Source: a virus
Lineage: Duplodnaviria; Caudoviricetes
IMG/VR virus record: IMGVR_UViG_3300021478_000029
Coordinates: 1-63,565 of that record
Strand: one strand, 5' to 3'
Length of the DNA: 63,565 nucleotides
Part shown: positions 25,938-36,229 of the stretch, piece after piece
Numbering within the stretch: position 1 is the first letter of the stretch
Layout of the letters: each line of letters opens with the position of its first letter
Translations under genes and position numbers: made by a program
The notes under the pieces: model-generated
What the model saw: only the letters and a program-made list of their open reading frames with translations
The model's database searches: none
What the model was told of the DNA's origin: nothing

Positions 25938-28062
25938 GTCCGGCTTCGGCATTTCGATCAGCGCCACGGACAGCGGCGCCAGTGCGGTAATCGACAAGCT
26001 CAACAAGGGTATTCAATCCCTCACCGCCTCCGGTGAGCGGACCGGCAAGGCACTGGAAAAGTTCGGTGAAGTATCCGGGATCAACAAACTCAATGAAGGC
26101 ATGCAGGGCCTTCGTCGGACCGCGACGGACACATTCCGCGCGATTGACCAAACCGGGAGCTCGCTTGGCGCACTGATCGCGCCATTGACTGTTGCCGGCG
26201 TCGTGGAGCTCACGCGCCGGTGGGGCGCCTTCGGTCAGAGCATGACCAACATGGCATACCGGCTCCAACTGCCGGTGGAGGCCTTGAGCCGTCTACAGAA
26301 CGCGGCGCGACTAGCTGGCGTGCCAGCGGAGGCGATGACGGGTGCGCTCGCGGCGTTGCAGGAAAAACTCTACGGCGCCGCGTGGAATACTGACCCTGCC
26401 GCCGTGCACATCCTCCGGGACGTGCTGAAGATTGACCCGGGCGCACCTGGCCACGTGAAGAATACCGCCGCGGCATTTGCCGAGGTTGCGGAGGCACTGA
26501 AGAAGGTTGGCGATCCGCATACCAAACAGTTGATCTTAGATGCGCTTGGTTGGGACCGCGCGCTTATACCACTGCTTGATAATTACCAAAAGTTCCAAAA
26601 GGACGCAGACGCCACCGGCGCGAACATTACGAAGGATCAAGCCGCGCACGCCACGGCACTGATGGAGTCATGGGATCGGCTAAGCCTGGACTTGGAAGGT
26701 ATCTACAACAAAATTCTCGATAGTTGGTCAGGCACGATTACCAAGGCCGTCTCCGCAAGCTCCACCTGGATTGAGGCCAACAAGGAAACGGCAAAGAGCA
26801 TCACGGAAATCGGCTCCGCCGTTGGCGCCATCGCGCTACTGAAGCCCGCGGCCTGGGTCCTCCGGTTGCTTGGGCTTGGCGGTGTGGCTAGTGCGGCGGG
26901 GACCGCGGCCGTGCTCGCGTCACCGCTGGCTCTTAGTGGCAGCACGGCGCAGGCCGATATGGGGCCGAAAGACCTGGCCGAGAAGGCCGGAAAGGACTGG
27001 TCAAAGCTATCTGATGCGGAAAAGGAAGTTTACCGCAAAGGATACAATGAGCGGCCGGGTGTCATCAGCCGCGCATGGGAAGGCTCTTGGTTGCAGCGGG
27101 GGCTCCACGGCCTCGGTGATAGGTTGCTCCACGGGCCGGAAGACGTGCGGCGTGAAAGCGAGCGCCAACGCCAACACAGTGACGCCGGCAGGCCTACTGG
27201 CAATCAGTTCGCCGGTCCCGGCGTGCCGACCGGGGATCTCGGACCCGGCAAGAGCTACGTGAGTTGGAACCCGTCACGCTGGTATCATCCGCCCGGCATG
27301 GTTGATGAAACGCAAAAGGAAATGGGCGAAGACCTCAAGCGGATCGGCGACACGTTGGAACGTATGGAGGGTGAGGGCGGACTTGGCGGCGGCGGGCGCC
27401 GCGGTGGCAGCGGTGGCAGCGGTATAGGGTCCTCACCTTTGACGGTCCCCAAGGGGCCTACCGCGGCGGCCGGCAATATGCGGACGATCCATGATTATTT
27501 CCGCGGCAAGGGCATGTCTGAGCAGGAGATCGCCGGCGTTCTGGTAAACGCTAGTGCGGAATCCGGTTTTGATCCTAGTGCTTGGGGTGACAACGGCACG
27601 AGTTACGGCGTTTTTCAACATCACGGATCACGGCTTGAGGCTATGCAACGGTGGTCAGGCTCTCAAACGCCATCACTTAATCAGCAATTGGACTACACGT
27701 GGATGGAGCTTCAAACATCCAAATCCGGCACGCTCGCCGCGCTGCATGGGTCAACAAGTTCCGGCCAAGCCGGCGCCGTCTGGTCCTCCGGCTTTGAGGC
27801 GCCCGGCGGCGGCGCGGCAGAGGGCTTCCGCCGCGGAGCCGCTGCGCCTCAGTTTGAGTCAGCCTTTCAACCGCCCCCAGCCGCGCCACACGTCGGCGCA
27901 TTGCCATCGTCACCGGCGGGTGCTCCCGGCGCGACGGGCCACGTGCAAGTGGACGTGCACCTTCGCGGAGCTCCACCGGGAACGCAGGCCAACGTGACCA
28001 CATCCGGCCGCGTGCGCGCCGCGCCGCCTCGCGTCGAAACGCCTCTACCGCACGCGGCGTAG
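25927..28062 (+). CDS. Tape measure protein with C-terminal tail lysozyme domain
   Basis: Helical Ala/Gly-rich body; IAGVLVNASAESGFDP...SYGVFQ...QQLDY. Confidence 0.88.
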   Translation: MSGRSGFGISISATDSGASAVIDKLNKGIQSLTASGERTGKALEKFGEVSGINKLNEGMQGLRRTATDTFRAIDQTGSSLGALIAPLTVAGVVELTRRWGAFGQSMTNMAYRLQLPVEALSRLQNAARLAGVPAEAMTGALAALQEKLYGAAWNTDPAAVHILRDVLKIDPGAPGHVKNTAAAFAEVAEALKKVGDPHTKQLILDALGWDRALIPLLDNYQKFQKDADATGANITKDQAAHATALMESWDRLSLDLEGIYNKILDSWSGTITKAVSASSTWIEANKETAKSITEIGSAVGAIALLKPAAWVLRLLGLGGVASAAGTAAVLASPLALSGSTAQADMGPKDLAEKAGKDWSKLSDAEKEVYRKGYNERPGVISRAWEGSWLQRGLHGLGDRLLHGPEDVRRESERQRQHSDAGRPTGNQFAGPGVPTGDLGPGKSYVSWNPSRWYHPPGMVDETQKEMGEDLKRIGDTLERMEGEGGLGGGGRRGGSGGSGIGSSPLTVPKGPTAAAGNMRTIHDYFRGKGMSEQEIAGVLVNASAESGFDPSAWGDNGTSYGVFQHHGSRLEAMQRWSGSQTPSLNQQLDYTWMELQTSKSGTLAALHGSTSSGQAGAVWSSGFEAPGGGAAEGFRRGAAAPQFESAFQPPPAAPHVGALPSSPAGAPGATGHVQVDVHLRGAPPGTQANVTTSGRVRAAPPRVETPLPHAA

Positions 28063-28063
28063 C

Positions 28064-29467
28064 ATGTCCTTTACGTCCCTCACCGGCTTTGCCGGCGGCT
28101 CCGTGGGCTCCGGCTTCATGGGTGCGCTGCAAAAGGCCTACTGGCGCGGTGTGCCTTTCAGCGTGACGGGTGAGGTCACGCGCAAAGGACGCAAGGTCGC
28201 GGTGCACGAATATCCGTTCCGTGACGGCGGTTGGGCGGAGGATATGGGGCGCCAGATGCGCGTCTTTTCCTTCACCGGCTACCTGACCGGTGACATCGCG
28301 CCGATTATGCAGATGCTCTTGGACAGTGCCGCGGAGGCGCCAGGCCCGGGGCTCTTGCTGCATCCGACCATCGGCATGCAGCGCGTCATGCTTCTTTCCT
28401 GCTCAACCGCGGTCCGCAAAGAGGCGATGCGGGTCATCGAGTGCCAGTTTGAATTCATTGAGGCGGGTGAACCGAATTTCATAATGAGCCTGGTCGCCAC
28501 GGCGATTCAGGTTGTTTCCGCCGCAACGTCCGGACTGACGTCCTTCGGCGGCTCCATCGGCTCCGGCGCCGGTCCTGCCGCAACTGCGGGCTCCGCCGTG
28601 ATCGGGGAGGGTGTGGCCGTCACGCGTGCATTTGGCACCGTGTGCACGATGGCCGCGATGGACCCGGGCGGCCTGGTCAGCTTGGCAACCGGGATCAACG
28701 TGCCGGACCCGGACCGCTCTCTCGGTCGCTATCAATTCGGCAACGTCTCCGTCATGACGCCGTGTGACCTTGACGTGAACGGCAACCCGGACGTGGCACA
28801 AACCGTCGCGGACATGACCGCCACCGTCGCCGCGGCCCGCGCAACCCTTGTGCAAGCCGTCGCCGCCTCCACCGTCGCCGCGGCCGTGTTCTCCGCCGCC
28901 TCCGGCGCCGCCATGGTCACCGCGCTCGCCGCAGTCACGGAAGCGGTGCGCGCGACCATGGTTGACCCTGCCGACCAGGTACGCGTGTTCACCGGCCTGG
29001 CCGCGTGGAGCTATGCCGACTCCGTTGCAAACGCCGGGCTCACCGGGCTTCCGGCCTACATGGCAACCATGCGCGATTCCATGGCCGCCACGGCCCGCCG
29101 CGTGGCGCTGACCAGCCTGGCGCAAGCCGCGGCATCCTACAGGCCCGTCTCCTACGAGGACGCTCTCAGCGTGCGGGAGGCGGTTTCCGGGGCCATTGAA
29201 ACGGAGATGGTCGCCGCCGGGGACGCCGGGGACGATGACGCATATGCGGCGCTCCGGTTGCTTCGCCTCGCCGTGTGGCAGGACCTGACCACGCGGGGCG
29301 CCACACTGCCGCAAGTGGTCACTGTGACGCTCCCGGCGCCCATGCCGGCGCTGACGGTTGCGCAGCGGCTCTACCGGGACGCCTCCCGCTCGGACGAGGT
29401 GACGGCCGCGGCCAACGTGCCGCATCCGGCCTTCCTGCCGACCACCATGCAGGTCCTCGCGCAATGA
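28064..29467 (+). CDS. Mu gpN-like DNA circularisation protein
   Basis: WRGVPF, GRKVAVHEYPFRD..EDMGR, LHPTIG, RLYRDASRSDE, HPAF. Confidence 0.9.
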   Translation: MSFTSLTGFAGGSVGSGFMGALQKAYWRGVPFSVTGEVTRKGRKVAVHEYPFRDGGWAEDMGRQMRVFSFTGYLTGDIAPIMQMLLDSAAEAPGPGLLLHPTIGMQRVMLLSCSTAVRKEAMRVIECQFEFIEAGEPNFIMSLVATAIQVVSAATSGLTSFGGSIGSGAGPAATAGSAVIGEGVAVTRAFGTVCTMAAMDPGGLVSLATGINVPDPDRSLGRYQFGNVSVMTPCDLDVNGNPDVAQTVADMTATVAAARATLVQAVAASTVAAAVFSAASGAAMVTALAAVTEAVRATMVDPADQVRVFTGLAAWSYADSVANAGLTGLPAYMATMRDSMAATARRVALTSLAQAAASYRPVSYEDALSVREAVSGAIETEMVAAGDAGDDDAYAALRLLRLAVWQDLTTRGATLPQVVTVTLPAPMPALTVAQRLYRDASRSDEVTAAANVPHPAFLPTTMQVLAQ

Positions 29468-29480
29468 GCGGCGGCACGCC

Positions 29481-30725
29481 TTGAGTGGCCTGCTTAGCGT
29501 GTTCTCCGGTGCGCCAGGCGTGCCGGCCGGGGCGGACCCGGACGAGGTATCAATCCAGGTTGGCAACCGCCGTATCACGGGCTGGCAGACGGTTGGGATC
29601 ACGCGAAGCGTGGAGGCCATCCCGAACAGCTTTCAGGTGACGGCCGCGGACCAATATCCGACTGATCCGACCCGCGTGATCTTCTATCCCGGGCAGACCG
29701 GAGGGGAAGAGCTCACCATTCGCATCGGCACGGACCTGGTCATCACCGGCTATGCGGACCGCTATGCAATCCAGATCGGGCCGCGCCAGCATGAGGTCAT
29801 TATCAGCGGCCGGGGCAAAACGCAGGACCTCGTGGATTGCTCGGCGGACGTTATCAAAACGCCGGACCTGCAAGGCGCCTCGCTCAGTGCGCCAAATCTC
29901 CGGGACCTGGCACAGCGGCTATGCCGTCCGTTCGGATTGACGGCGCGCTCCGCGGTGGAGGACCTGGGCAAGCCGATTCCAAACTTCACCGTCGCCATCG
30001 GTGAAACGAGCTATGAGATATTGGAGCGCATCGCGCGCTTTGCCGGCTACCTGATCTATGAGGACGAAACCGGCAACGTCGTGCTTGATCGCGTGGGGAC
30101 CGCGAAAATGTCCTCCGGCTTCGTCATGCCGGGCAACATTGAAGGCGCGTCCTCCACCTTGGCGATTGACGGCCGTTTCAGTGACTACACCGCGGTCTGG
30201 CAGTCAGTGAACGCCTATGCGGAAATCAATCCGCTCGGCAACCAACGCGCCACGGCGCACGACAAAACCATGCCGCGCTACCGGCCGCGGATCATGGTCA
30301 GTGAACAGACAGACAATGACGCGACCCTGGCGCAGCGGCGCGTTGACTGGGAAATGGCGCGGCGCATCGGGCGCAGTCAAAGCATCTATCTCACGTGCGA
30401 TTCCTGGCGGGACACCGCGGGGCGCCTCTGGACGCCGAATCGTCTGGCGAAGGTTTCCGCGCCGTATCTGAAGCTCAAAGACGTGGAGTGGATCATCGGC
30501 AACGTGACGTTCCGGAAGGATCAGAGCGGGACGCATGCGGACCTGATCCTGATGCCGCCGGATGCTTACGCCGTGGAGCCGGCGCCGCTCTACCTCTGGA
30601 ATCGGGAGCTTGAGCAAATGCCGCCATCCTCGCAGGCGCCAAATCCGGCGGGAGCCGTTGCACAAACCGCTCCCGCTCCGGCTTCGGCAGGACTTCCGAC
30701 TCAACCCGCACCATTTAATCATTGA
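29481..30725 (+). CDS. Baseplate hub (Mu gpP/gp44-like)
   Basis: GWQTVGITRSVE, GRGKTQDLVDCS, RYRP, LWTPN; start uncertain. Confidence 0.9.
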   Translation: MSGLLSVFSGAPGVPAGADPDEVSIQVGNRRITGWQTVGITRSVEAIPNSFQVTAADQYPTDPTRVIFYPGQTGGEELTIRIGTDLVITGYADRYAIQIGPRQHEVIISGRGKTQDLVDCSADVIKTPDLQGASLSAPNLRDLAQRLCRPFGLTARSAVEDLGKPIPNFTVAIGETSYEILERIARFAGYLIYEDETGNVVLDRVGTAKMSSGFVMPGNIEGASSTLAIDGRFSDYTAVWQSVNAYAEINPLGNQRATAHDKTMPRYRPRIMVSEQTDNDATLAQRRVDWEMARRIGRSQSIYLTCDSWRDTAGRLWTPNRLAKVSAPYLKLKDVEWIIGNVTFRKDQSGTHADLILMPPDAYAVEPAPLYLWNRELEQMPPSSQAPNPAGAVAQTAPAPASAGLPTQPAPFNH

Positions 30726-30734
30726 GCGTGACGC

Positions 30735-31268
30735 GTGGATTTGGAAGCGCGAGTCGCTCTGCTAGAGCGAGAGCTTGCACGGCTGACGCGCCAGCGCGGC
30801 CAGGCGATCAGCTTCGCGCGAAGCACCATGGCGCCCGTTGACACCGGGGCCGTGCAGACATCGCAAGGGCAGTTTGACGCCTTGAGCATTCGGGACGCCA
30901 TGCCGGTCCTGCAACACTACGGATTTGCCTCCGCCATGCCGGTGAACGGTGACAAGGTTGTGGCGCACATTGGCGGTCAACGCTCTCTGGCGGTGGTCAT
31001 CGCCACCGGGCATCAAACCTACCGCCAGCGCAATCAAGCGGTGGGAGAGGTCACGCTCTACGATATGTGGGGCCGCACCATCCGCCTCACGTCAACCGGC
31101 ATCACGATAAACTGCGGCGCGGTTCCCATGACGATCACGGGCAATTTGCGTGTGACCGGCTCCATCACTGCCGGCTACGGCGGCGCCGATCAAGTGGGCT
31201 TGCAGTCGCACCGCCACGGAACGGGCGCTGCGGCGGCCGGAACCTCAATCCCCACGGCGGGGACCTAA
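30735..31268 (+). CDS. Baseplate spike (Mu gp45-like)
   Basis: QHYGFAS, GEVTLYD, C-terminal HRH. Confidence 0.88.
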   Translation: MDLEARVALLERELARLTRQRGQAISFARSTMAPVDTGAVQTSQGQFDALSIRDAMPVLQHYGFASAMPVNGDKVVAHIGGQRSLAVVIATGHQTYRQRNQAVGEVTLYDMWGRTIRLTSTGITINCGAVPMTITGNLRVTGSITAGYGGADQVGLQSHRHGTGAAAAGTSIPTAGT

Positions 31269-31271
31269 CCG

Positions 31272-31754
31272 ATGTCGGACCTGCCGCCGCAAGGTGACGT
31301 TAGGCTGTCATGGGACCCGGTTAATGCACGGGCGGACGTGACCATGTTTGCCTCCGGGTCATTTCTGGAAACCGGGCACGATCTAGAAAGCGCAGTGCTA
31401 ATCAGCCTGTTCACGGATCAAACGGCGGACCCGGATGACGTGCTCCCGCCGGACATGGTCAATGACCCGCGGGGCTGGTGGGCTGACACTTACACCGGCG
31501 ATCTCATCGGTTCAAAGCTCTGGCAGGTTTTGGGGCGCGTCCGCAATCAGGACACACTCAACTTTGCCGGTGACGCGACGCGCAAGTCGCTAGCGTGGAT
31601 GCTCACTGATGGCGTGGCGAGCTCAGTGGAAGTGGTGCCGAGCTTCTACGGCTCCGGAGGCCTCCGCCTGGATATTGCCATCACGGGGCCAACCGGGATG
31701 ACGAGCCGCTTTTCATTCGTGTGGCAGGCGCCGGCGGGGCTCAGGCTCCCATAG
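31272..31754 (+). CDS. Baseplate protein (Mu gp46-like)
   Basis: LESAVLISLFTD, RGWWAD, GSKLW, LAWMLTDGVA. Confidence 0.9.
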   Translation: MSDLPPQGDVRLSWDPVNARADVTMFASGSFLETGHDLESAVLISLFTDQTADPDDVLPPDMVNDPRGWWADTYTGDLIGSKLWQVLGRVRNQDTLNFAGDATRKSLAWMLTDGVASSVEVVPSFYGSGGLRLDIAITGPTGMTSRFSFVWQAPAGLRLP

Positions 31755-31784
31755 CTGACCGCGCACGCAGCCGGAGCACGTGCC

Positions 31785-32903
31785 ACGCCATTTTCGCGAC
31801 CAACCTTAACGGCATTACGCCAACAGGCGATGCAGGATGTCACCGCGTCCGATTTACCGGGCGCGGACGGCTTCTTGCGTCGCTCCGTGTTGCGCGTGCT
31901 CGCTTGGGTTCAAGCCGGCATGGCGCATCTGCATTACGGCTATCTGGACTGGATCAGCAAAGAGTCGATCCCGATCACGTGCGATGCGGAGTTCCTGGAA
32001 GCGTGGGCAGGCCTAAAAGGTGTAGTGCGGGAGCCGCCGACCTTCGCTACCGGCACATGGTCCGGGACCGGGACCGTGGGAACGGACCTGCCGGCTTTAA
32101 CGCCGATCCTCCGTAATGACGGGTTTCAGTATCAAACGACCGCGGATGCAACGGTCGGCGGAGGGAGCACCGTCACGGCGCCGATCATAGCGCTAACGGC
32201 CGGGAGCTCCGGCAATGCGGACGCCGCGACGCCGCTCAACCTGGCCCTGGTCATCGCGGGCCTCAACACCGTGGGCTCCGCCTCTGGTGCAATCATTGGC
32301 GGGGCGGACCTGGAAACGGACGACTCACTCCGGGCGCGCATGTTGGCGATCTATCAGTATCCGCCGCAGGGCGGCTCCAAATCAGACTATGTTGAATGGT
32401 GCATGGCTGTGCCAGGCGTCACGCGTGCATGGTGTGCGCCGATGCTGGCCGGCGCCGGGACCGTTACCGTCTATACGATGTGGGATGTCGTGGAGGCGGC
32501 GCACGCGGGATTTCCGCAAGGCACGAACGGCGGAGCAACCGGGGAGTCGCGCAACACGGACGCCACCGGGGATCAACTCATTGTTGCGAATTATATCTAC
32601 CCGCGTCAGCCCGTGACGGCGCTGGTCGATAGCCGGGCTCCGGTGGCGCAGCCGCTCGCGTTCACGGTGGCCGGGCTCATTCCGTCCAATACCACGACGC
32701 AGGCGGCCGTCACCGCCGCACTGCAAGGCATGCTCTACCTGAAGGCGTCCCCGCTGGCAGATACGCTGATAGATCAAAGTGACGCGGATGCCGCGATCAG
32801 TGCCGCACCTGGCGTTGTCTCATTCCGTGTCACCGCGCCGACATTTCCGCAGACGCCGACGGCGGGAAACATTTTCACGCTCGGCGTCATCACTTGGGCG
32901 TAG
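31785..32903 (+). CDS. Baseplate J-like wedge protein (Mu gp47-like)
   Basis: PPQGGSKSDYVEW, VPGVTRAW, GTVTVY; conserved-looking N-terminus PFSRPTL follows ACG 31785, first ATG is 31830. Confidence 0.9.
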   Translation, partial: TPFSRPTLTALRQQAMQDVTASDLPGADGFLRRSVLRVLAWVQAGMAHLHYGYLDWISKESIPITCDAEFLEAWAGLKGVVREPPTFATGTWSGTGTVGTDLPALTPILRNDGFQYQTTADATVGGGSTVTAPIIALTAGSSGNADAATPLNLALVIAGLNTVGSASGAIIGGADLETDDSLRARMLAIYQYPPQGGSKSDYVEWCMAVPGVTRAWCAPMLAGAGTVTVYTMWDVVEAAHAGFPQGTNGGATGESRNTDATGDQLIVANYIYPRQPVTALVDSRAPVAQPLAFTVAGLIPSNTTTQAAVTAALQGMLYLKASPLADTLIDQSDADAAISAAPGVVSFRVTAPTFPQTPTAGNIFTLGVITWA

Positions 32904-32906
32904 CGC

Positions 32907-33455
32907 ATGGCAGGACCCGTTTTTGATGATGATGACTACACGCAAGCGATGGCAAACCTCCTGCCGCGCGGACGCGCCTGGCCGCGGGACCCGGACGCCT
33001 TTCTCATGGCGCTCTTGCGGTCCCTTGCGCCGACCTATTCCCGGAGCGGCGCAGCGGCGGCGGGCCTTATCGATGACGTGTTTCCCGCAACGACCAACTC
33101 ATTCCTAACTGAGTGGGAGGAATCACTCGGCCTGCCGGACCCGTGCACCGTATTGGGCGCGACGGTCACGCAGCGGCGCAACTCTGTGCTGGCGAAGCTG
33201 GTCGGCAATCCAGGACAGACGGAGGCCTATTTTATCGCGGTCGCCGCGGCGCTTGGTTTCACCATCACGATCACTGAGGGCGCCGCTGGAACGCATCAAT
33301 GGACGATCCACGCGTCATTGAACAACATCGTGTATTTCAAGGCGGGCATCTCCGTTGCCGGTGATCCTTTGGCGTCATGGGGCAACTCAGAATTGGAGTG
33401 TCGATTGAACATGCTCAAGCCGGCGCATACGCAACTCTTGTTCGCCTATACCTGA
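32907..33455 (+). CDS. Baseplate protein (Mu gp48 / YmfQ, DUF2313-like)
   Basis: LLPRGRAW, EWEESLGLPD, LECRL..LKPAHT. Confidence 0.9.
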   Translation: MAGPVFDDDDYTQAMANLLPRGRAWPRDPDAFLMALLRSLAPTYSRSGAAAAGLIDDVFPATTNSFLTEWEESLGLPDPCTVLGATVTQRRNSVLAKLVGNPGQTEAYFIAVAAALGFTITITEGAAGTHQWTIHASLNNIVYFKAGISVAGDPLASWGNSELECRLNMLKPAHTQLLFAYT

Positions 33456-33467
33456 CGCGGGCGCTCC

Positions 33468-34289
33468 ATGTATCGCATCGACAATGCAACCGCGGTCCCG
33501 TCCGGAAGCGGCATACCGGCGCCAGCGGCGCCAGGTCCGCGGCCGAACGGGTATTTCACGGTGGGCAATCCATCTGGACCCGTGCCGGCGACGGTCGTTG
33601 ATGCTGACTGGCTCAACTGTATCCAAGAGGAAATCTGCACCGTCATTGCGGCCGGCTCCATCGCGTTGAGCAAGGGCTCCCAACGCAACCTGCTTGATGC
33701 GCTATTCGCCATGCACGGCGTTCAAGTGTTTCATGCAACTGGCACATTCACGGTGCCGGCCGGCGTGACCAGATGCGATGCTGAAGTATGGGGCGGCGGC
33801 GGTGGTGGCGGCGCCTCGTCAGGCGCTAATTATGGCGGCGGCGGGGCCGGCGGAGGGTATTCACGCAAATTATGCACAGTGACGCCGGGACAGGTTATTA
33901 CGGTCACAGTCGCCCCAAGCGCAATCGGCGGCGCTGCCGGAGGGTTTAACGGTGCCGGCGGAGCAACATCCTCCTTCGGCGCATTCTGCACCGCGACCGG
34001 CGGGGCTGGCGGTTTCGGTTCGACGGCGGGCGGCGGTCCGAGCACGGTCGTTGGTGTCGGCGCCAGCGGCGATATAAATTTCAACGGCACGTCCGGCGGT
34101 GACGGTAGTTTGGCGCTCGGCGGCGGCGGCTTCAGTGGCGCCTCATTCGGCGGGGCCAGTTCGCCGCAGGTGTCCTCTGGATCAAAACCGCAGACGGCGG
34201 CCTTTCCCGGTGTTGGCGGGAGAGGGGCGTCAAACGGCTCAGTGGCCGGTGGTGATACGGCCGGCGGCCTTGTCGTGGTAAGGTGGTGA
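33468..34289 (+). CDS. Tail fibre with Gly-rich domain
   Basis: MYRID, GYFTVGNP, ADWLNCIQEE; FTVPAGVT...GGGGGG. Confidence 0.85.
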   Translation: MYRIDNATAVPSGSGIPAPAAPGPRPNGYFTVGNPSGPVPATVVDADWLNCIQEEICTVIAAGSIALSKGSQRNLLDALFAMHGVQVFHATGTFTVPAGVTRCDAEVWGGGGGGGASSGANYGGGGAGGGYSRKLCTVTPGQVITVTVAPSAIGGAAGGFNGAGGATSSFGAFCTATGGAGGFGSTAGGGPSTVVGVGASGDINFNGTSGGDGSLALGGGGFSGASFGGASSPQVSSGSKPQTAAFPGVGGRGASNGSVAGGDTAGGLVVVRW

Positions 34290-34294
34290 ACGCC

Positions 34295-34822
34295 ATGGCG
34301 GATTACGCTCGCATTGCTGATGGCGTCGTAGCGGAGCTCTTCACGCCACCGCCAGGCGTTGTGATCGCTGACTGCTTTGTGGTTGAGGTCGCACGGACCT
34401 TCGTTGAAGTTCCGGCCGGTGTGACGCCGGAGCAAGGATGGACGTTCAACGGCACATCCTTTGCTGCTCCCGTTGTGACGCCTCCGCCTCCGCCGACCTT
34501 GCAGCAACAGGCCATGGCGCTATTGGCGGGGCCGGTCAACGTAGCATGCGCCAGCGTGCCAGCGCTCAACGGGAGCTATCCGCTTGACGCGGTGAGCCAA
34601 GCGCAGATCACCGGCATTGCGTCAGCGATTTCCGCCGGCCTCGGCCTGCCATCCGGAGCGGCCACATTCAACTGGCCGGATGCTTTCGGAGCTCCGCACG
34701 CCTGGCCGGCGCCGCAGTTCACCGCGTTCGCCAAGGGCGTGATGCAGTTCCTCTACGCGGCGGCGCAAGTGGCGCAAGGCCATAGCACGACACTACCCTC
34801 CGCCACGCTCACGCTGACGTAA
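34295..34822 (+). CDS. Tail fibre assembly-like protein
   Basis: YARIADGVVAE, GWTFNGTSFAAP; directly after the fibre. Confidence 0.65.
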   Translation: MADYARIADGVVAELFTPPPGVVIADCFVVEVARTFVEVPAGVTPEQGWTFNGTSFAAPVVTPPPPPTLQQQAMALLAGPVNVACASVPALNGSYPLDAVSQAQITGIASAISAGLGLPSGAATFNWPDAFGAPHAWPAPQFTAFAKGVMQFLYAAAQVAQGHSTTLPSATLTLT

Positions 34823-34833
34823 CGGCTCCCGCA

Positions 34834-35289
34834 GTGCCATCCCTATCCCGCACCGTCGCCGTGCCGCTCCCGTCCGCGGCCTACGGGCACAAGATCAACC
34901 GCGGCCCGATCATCCTACCGGCGCAGAGCCCGAGTGATCTTCTGGATTACACACTGGACTTGAGCGCCTGGCTCGGAGACGCCAATGACCAACTCGCGTC
35001 CGCCTCCGTTGTGCCGCTCGCTGTCAATCCTTTGGCCATCGCGATTCAAACGCTGACGATACAGGGGAGCGCGATCACCGCGTGGATCACGGCGGGAGCT
35101 CCGGGCATTTGCTATGCAATGGAGTTTGAGATTGTGACACGGAACGGCCGTGTTTTGATCCTAGAGTGCAGTATTGACATCATTGATGGGCCGCTGGCGC
35201 CTCCGGCGGCAATGCCGGTGTGGACGCCGGCAGGCGGTATGGATTTCCGCTCCGCGGTGAATATCGCGAATTACCCGCTCATTCTCTAG
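34834..35289 (+). CDS. Putative fibre/spike adaptor protein
   Basis: PSDLLDYTLDLSAWL...TAWITAG...TRNGR. Confidence 0.6.
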   Translation: MPSLSRTVAVPLPSAAYGHKINRGPIILPAQSPSDLLDYTLDLSAWLGDANDQLASASVVPLAVNPLAIAIQTLTIQGSAITAWITAGAPGICYAMEFEIVTRNGRVLILECSIDIIDGPLAPPAAMPVWTPAGGMDFRSAVNIANYPLIL

Positions 35290-35307
35290 CTTCAAAAGGG
35301 GCCGCGA

Positions 35308-35736
35308 ATGCCGCAGACGACAACCTCCGTGGAAATTTATGACGCGGCCGGAGTGCGCCAGAATTTTGTCGTTGAGAGAGACAGTGCAACGGGCACGTTT
35401 ACGCCGCATCATGTCACGACCGCACCTGTTATCGCCTCGACCGCTCTTGAGGGCTCACACGTGTTCGCCGTGGGGGAGGCAAATGTTTTTGCCGTAACGG
35501 CAACCGGCCTTTCAGCGTTCGCATGGTTGATGCTCTTTGACGCGGCTGCCGTTCCGGCGGACGGCCCGGTGACGCCGCTGGCGGCAATCCAGGCAACCTC
35601 ACTGGCAGTCGTTCAAATAGCGTGGGGCGGTGTCGCGGCCTCATTGGGGGCCGGCGTCGTGGCCGTGCTCAGCACAACCGGGCCGTTCACAAAGACGGCC
35701 GGGCCGACCGGCTTCCTGTCCGCGCTCGTAGCCTGA
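35308..35736 (+). CDS. Beta-rich putative virion protein
   Basis: WLMLFDAAAVPADG..TP; resembles the C-terminal domain of 37719-38645. Confidence 0.55.
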   Translation: MPQTTTSVEIYDAAGVRQNFVVERDSATGTFTPHHVTTAPVIASTALEGSHVFAVGEANVFAVTATGLSAFAWLMLFDAAAVPADGPVTPLAAIQATSLAVVQIAWGGVAASLGAGVVAVLSTTGPFTKTAGPTGFLSALVA

Positions 35737-35739
35737 CCA

Positions 35740-35914
35740 CGCCGCACCCTCGACCGGAGACGCCTGCATGATCCGATGGCTTCTCGCTGCGCTGGCGTTG
35801 CTGGCGCTTGCGCTCCCCGCCGCTGCACAACCGAACGCGCCTCCGCCGAGCGCTCAAAACCCGGTCTATACCTATTGTTGGAACGGAACGGCGATGGCGG
35901 TGTGTGGCTCGCCG
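35740..35914 (+). repeat. Imperfect ~175-bp direct repeat, copy 1 (RBS, signal peptide, Cys loop)
   Basis: Matches 37691-37865 at a constant 1951-bp offset. Confidence 0.9.
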
Positions 35915-36229
35915 ATCATCGGCACTTACGCGAACGGTGCCGTAGCGATGTCCACGGCCGCGGCTCAAGTGTTCCCGGCAAACGCGGCGCGCGTGCGGAT
36001 CAAGCTGCTCAACAATAGCGGCATCGGCACGGCCGGCGGAACGGCAATCGTCATCTGGTGCCGTTGGGGCACGGTTGGCGCCGCGCCAGCGGTGCCAGGC
36101 GGCGTCGGTTCATTCGCCCTACAGCCGAACGGCGGCGGGATTGATGACCAAGGGCCGGGCATAAATCAGTCCGCGCTGAACTGTGCCTCTGAAAGCGGGA
36201 CGCCAACACTTTATGCGGAGCAATACTGA
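35768..36229 (+). CDS. Sec-signal-peptide protein, module A adaptor
   Basis: MIRWLLAALALLALALPAAA-Q; GGAG SD. Confidence 0.8.
   Translation: MIRWLLAALALLALALPAAAQPNAPPPSAQNPVYTYCWNGTAMAVCGSPIIGTYANGAVAMSTAAAQVFPANAARVRIKLLNNSGIGTAGGTAIVIWCRWGTVGAAPAVPGGVGSFALQPNGGGIDDQGPGINQSALNCASESGTPTLYAEQY

Noticed and set aside
28403-29620. 405-aa minus-strand ORF and similar long antisense or alternate-frame ORFs (e.g. 484-1350, 6856-7698, 61444-62271)
   Set aside because: Shadow ORFs of well-supported genes in high-GC DNA; Arg/Gly/Pro-rich with no motifs
23134-33455. Mu-like transposable phage
   Set aside because: Only the tail is Mu-like; there is no MuA/MuB and the head and packaging genes are HK97 cos type
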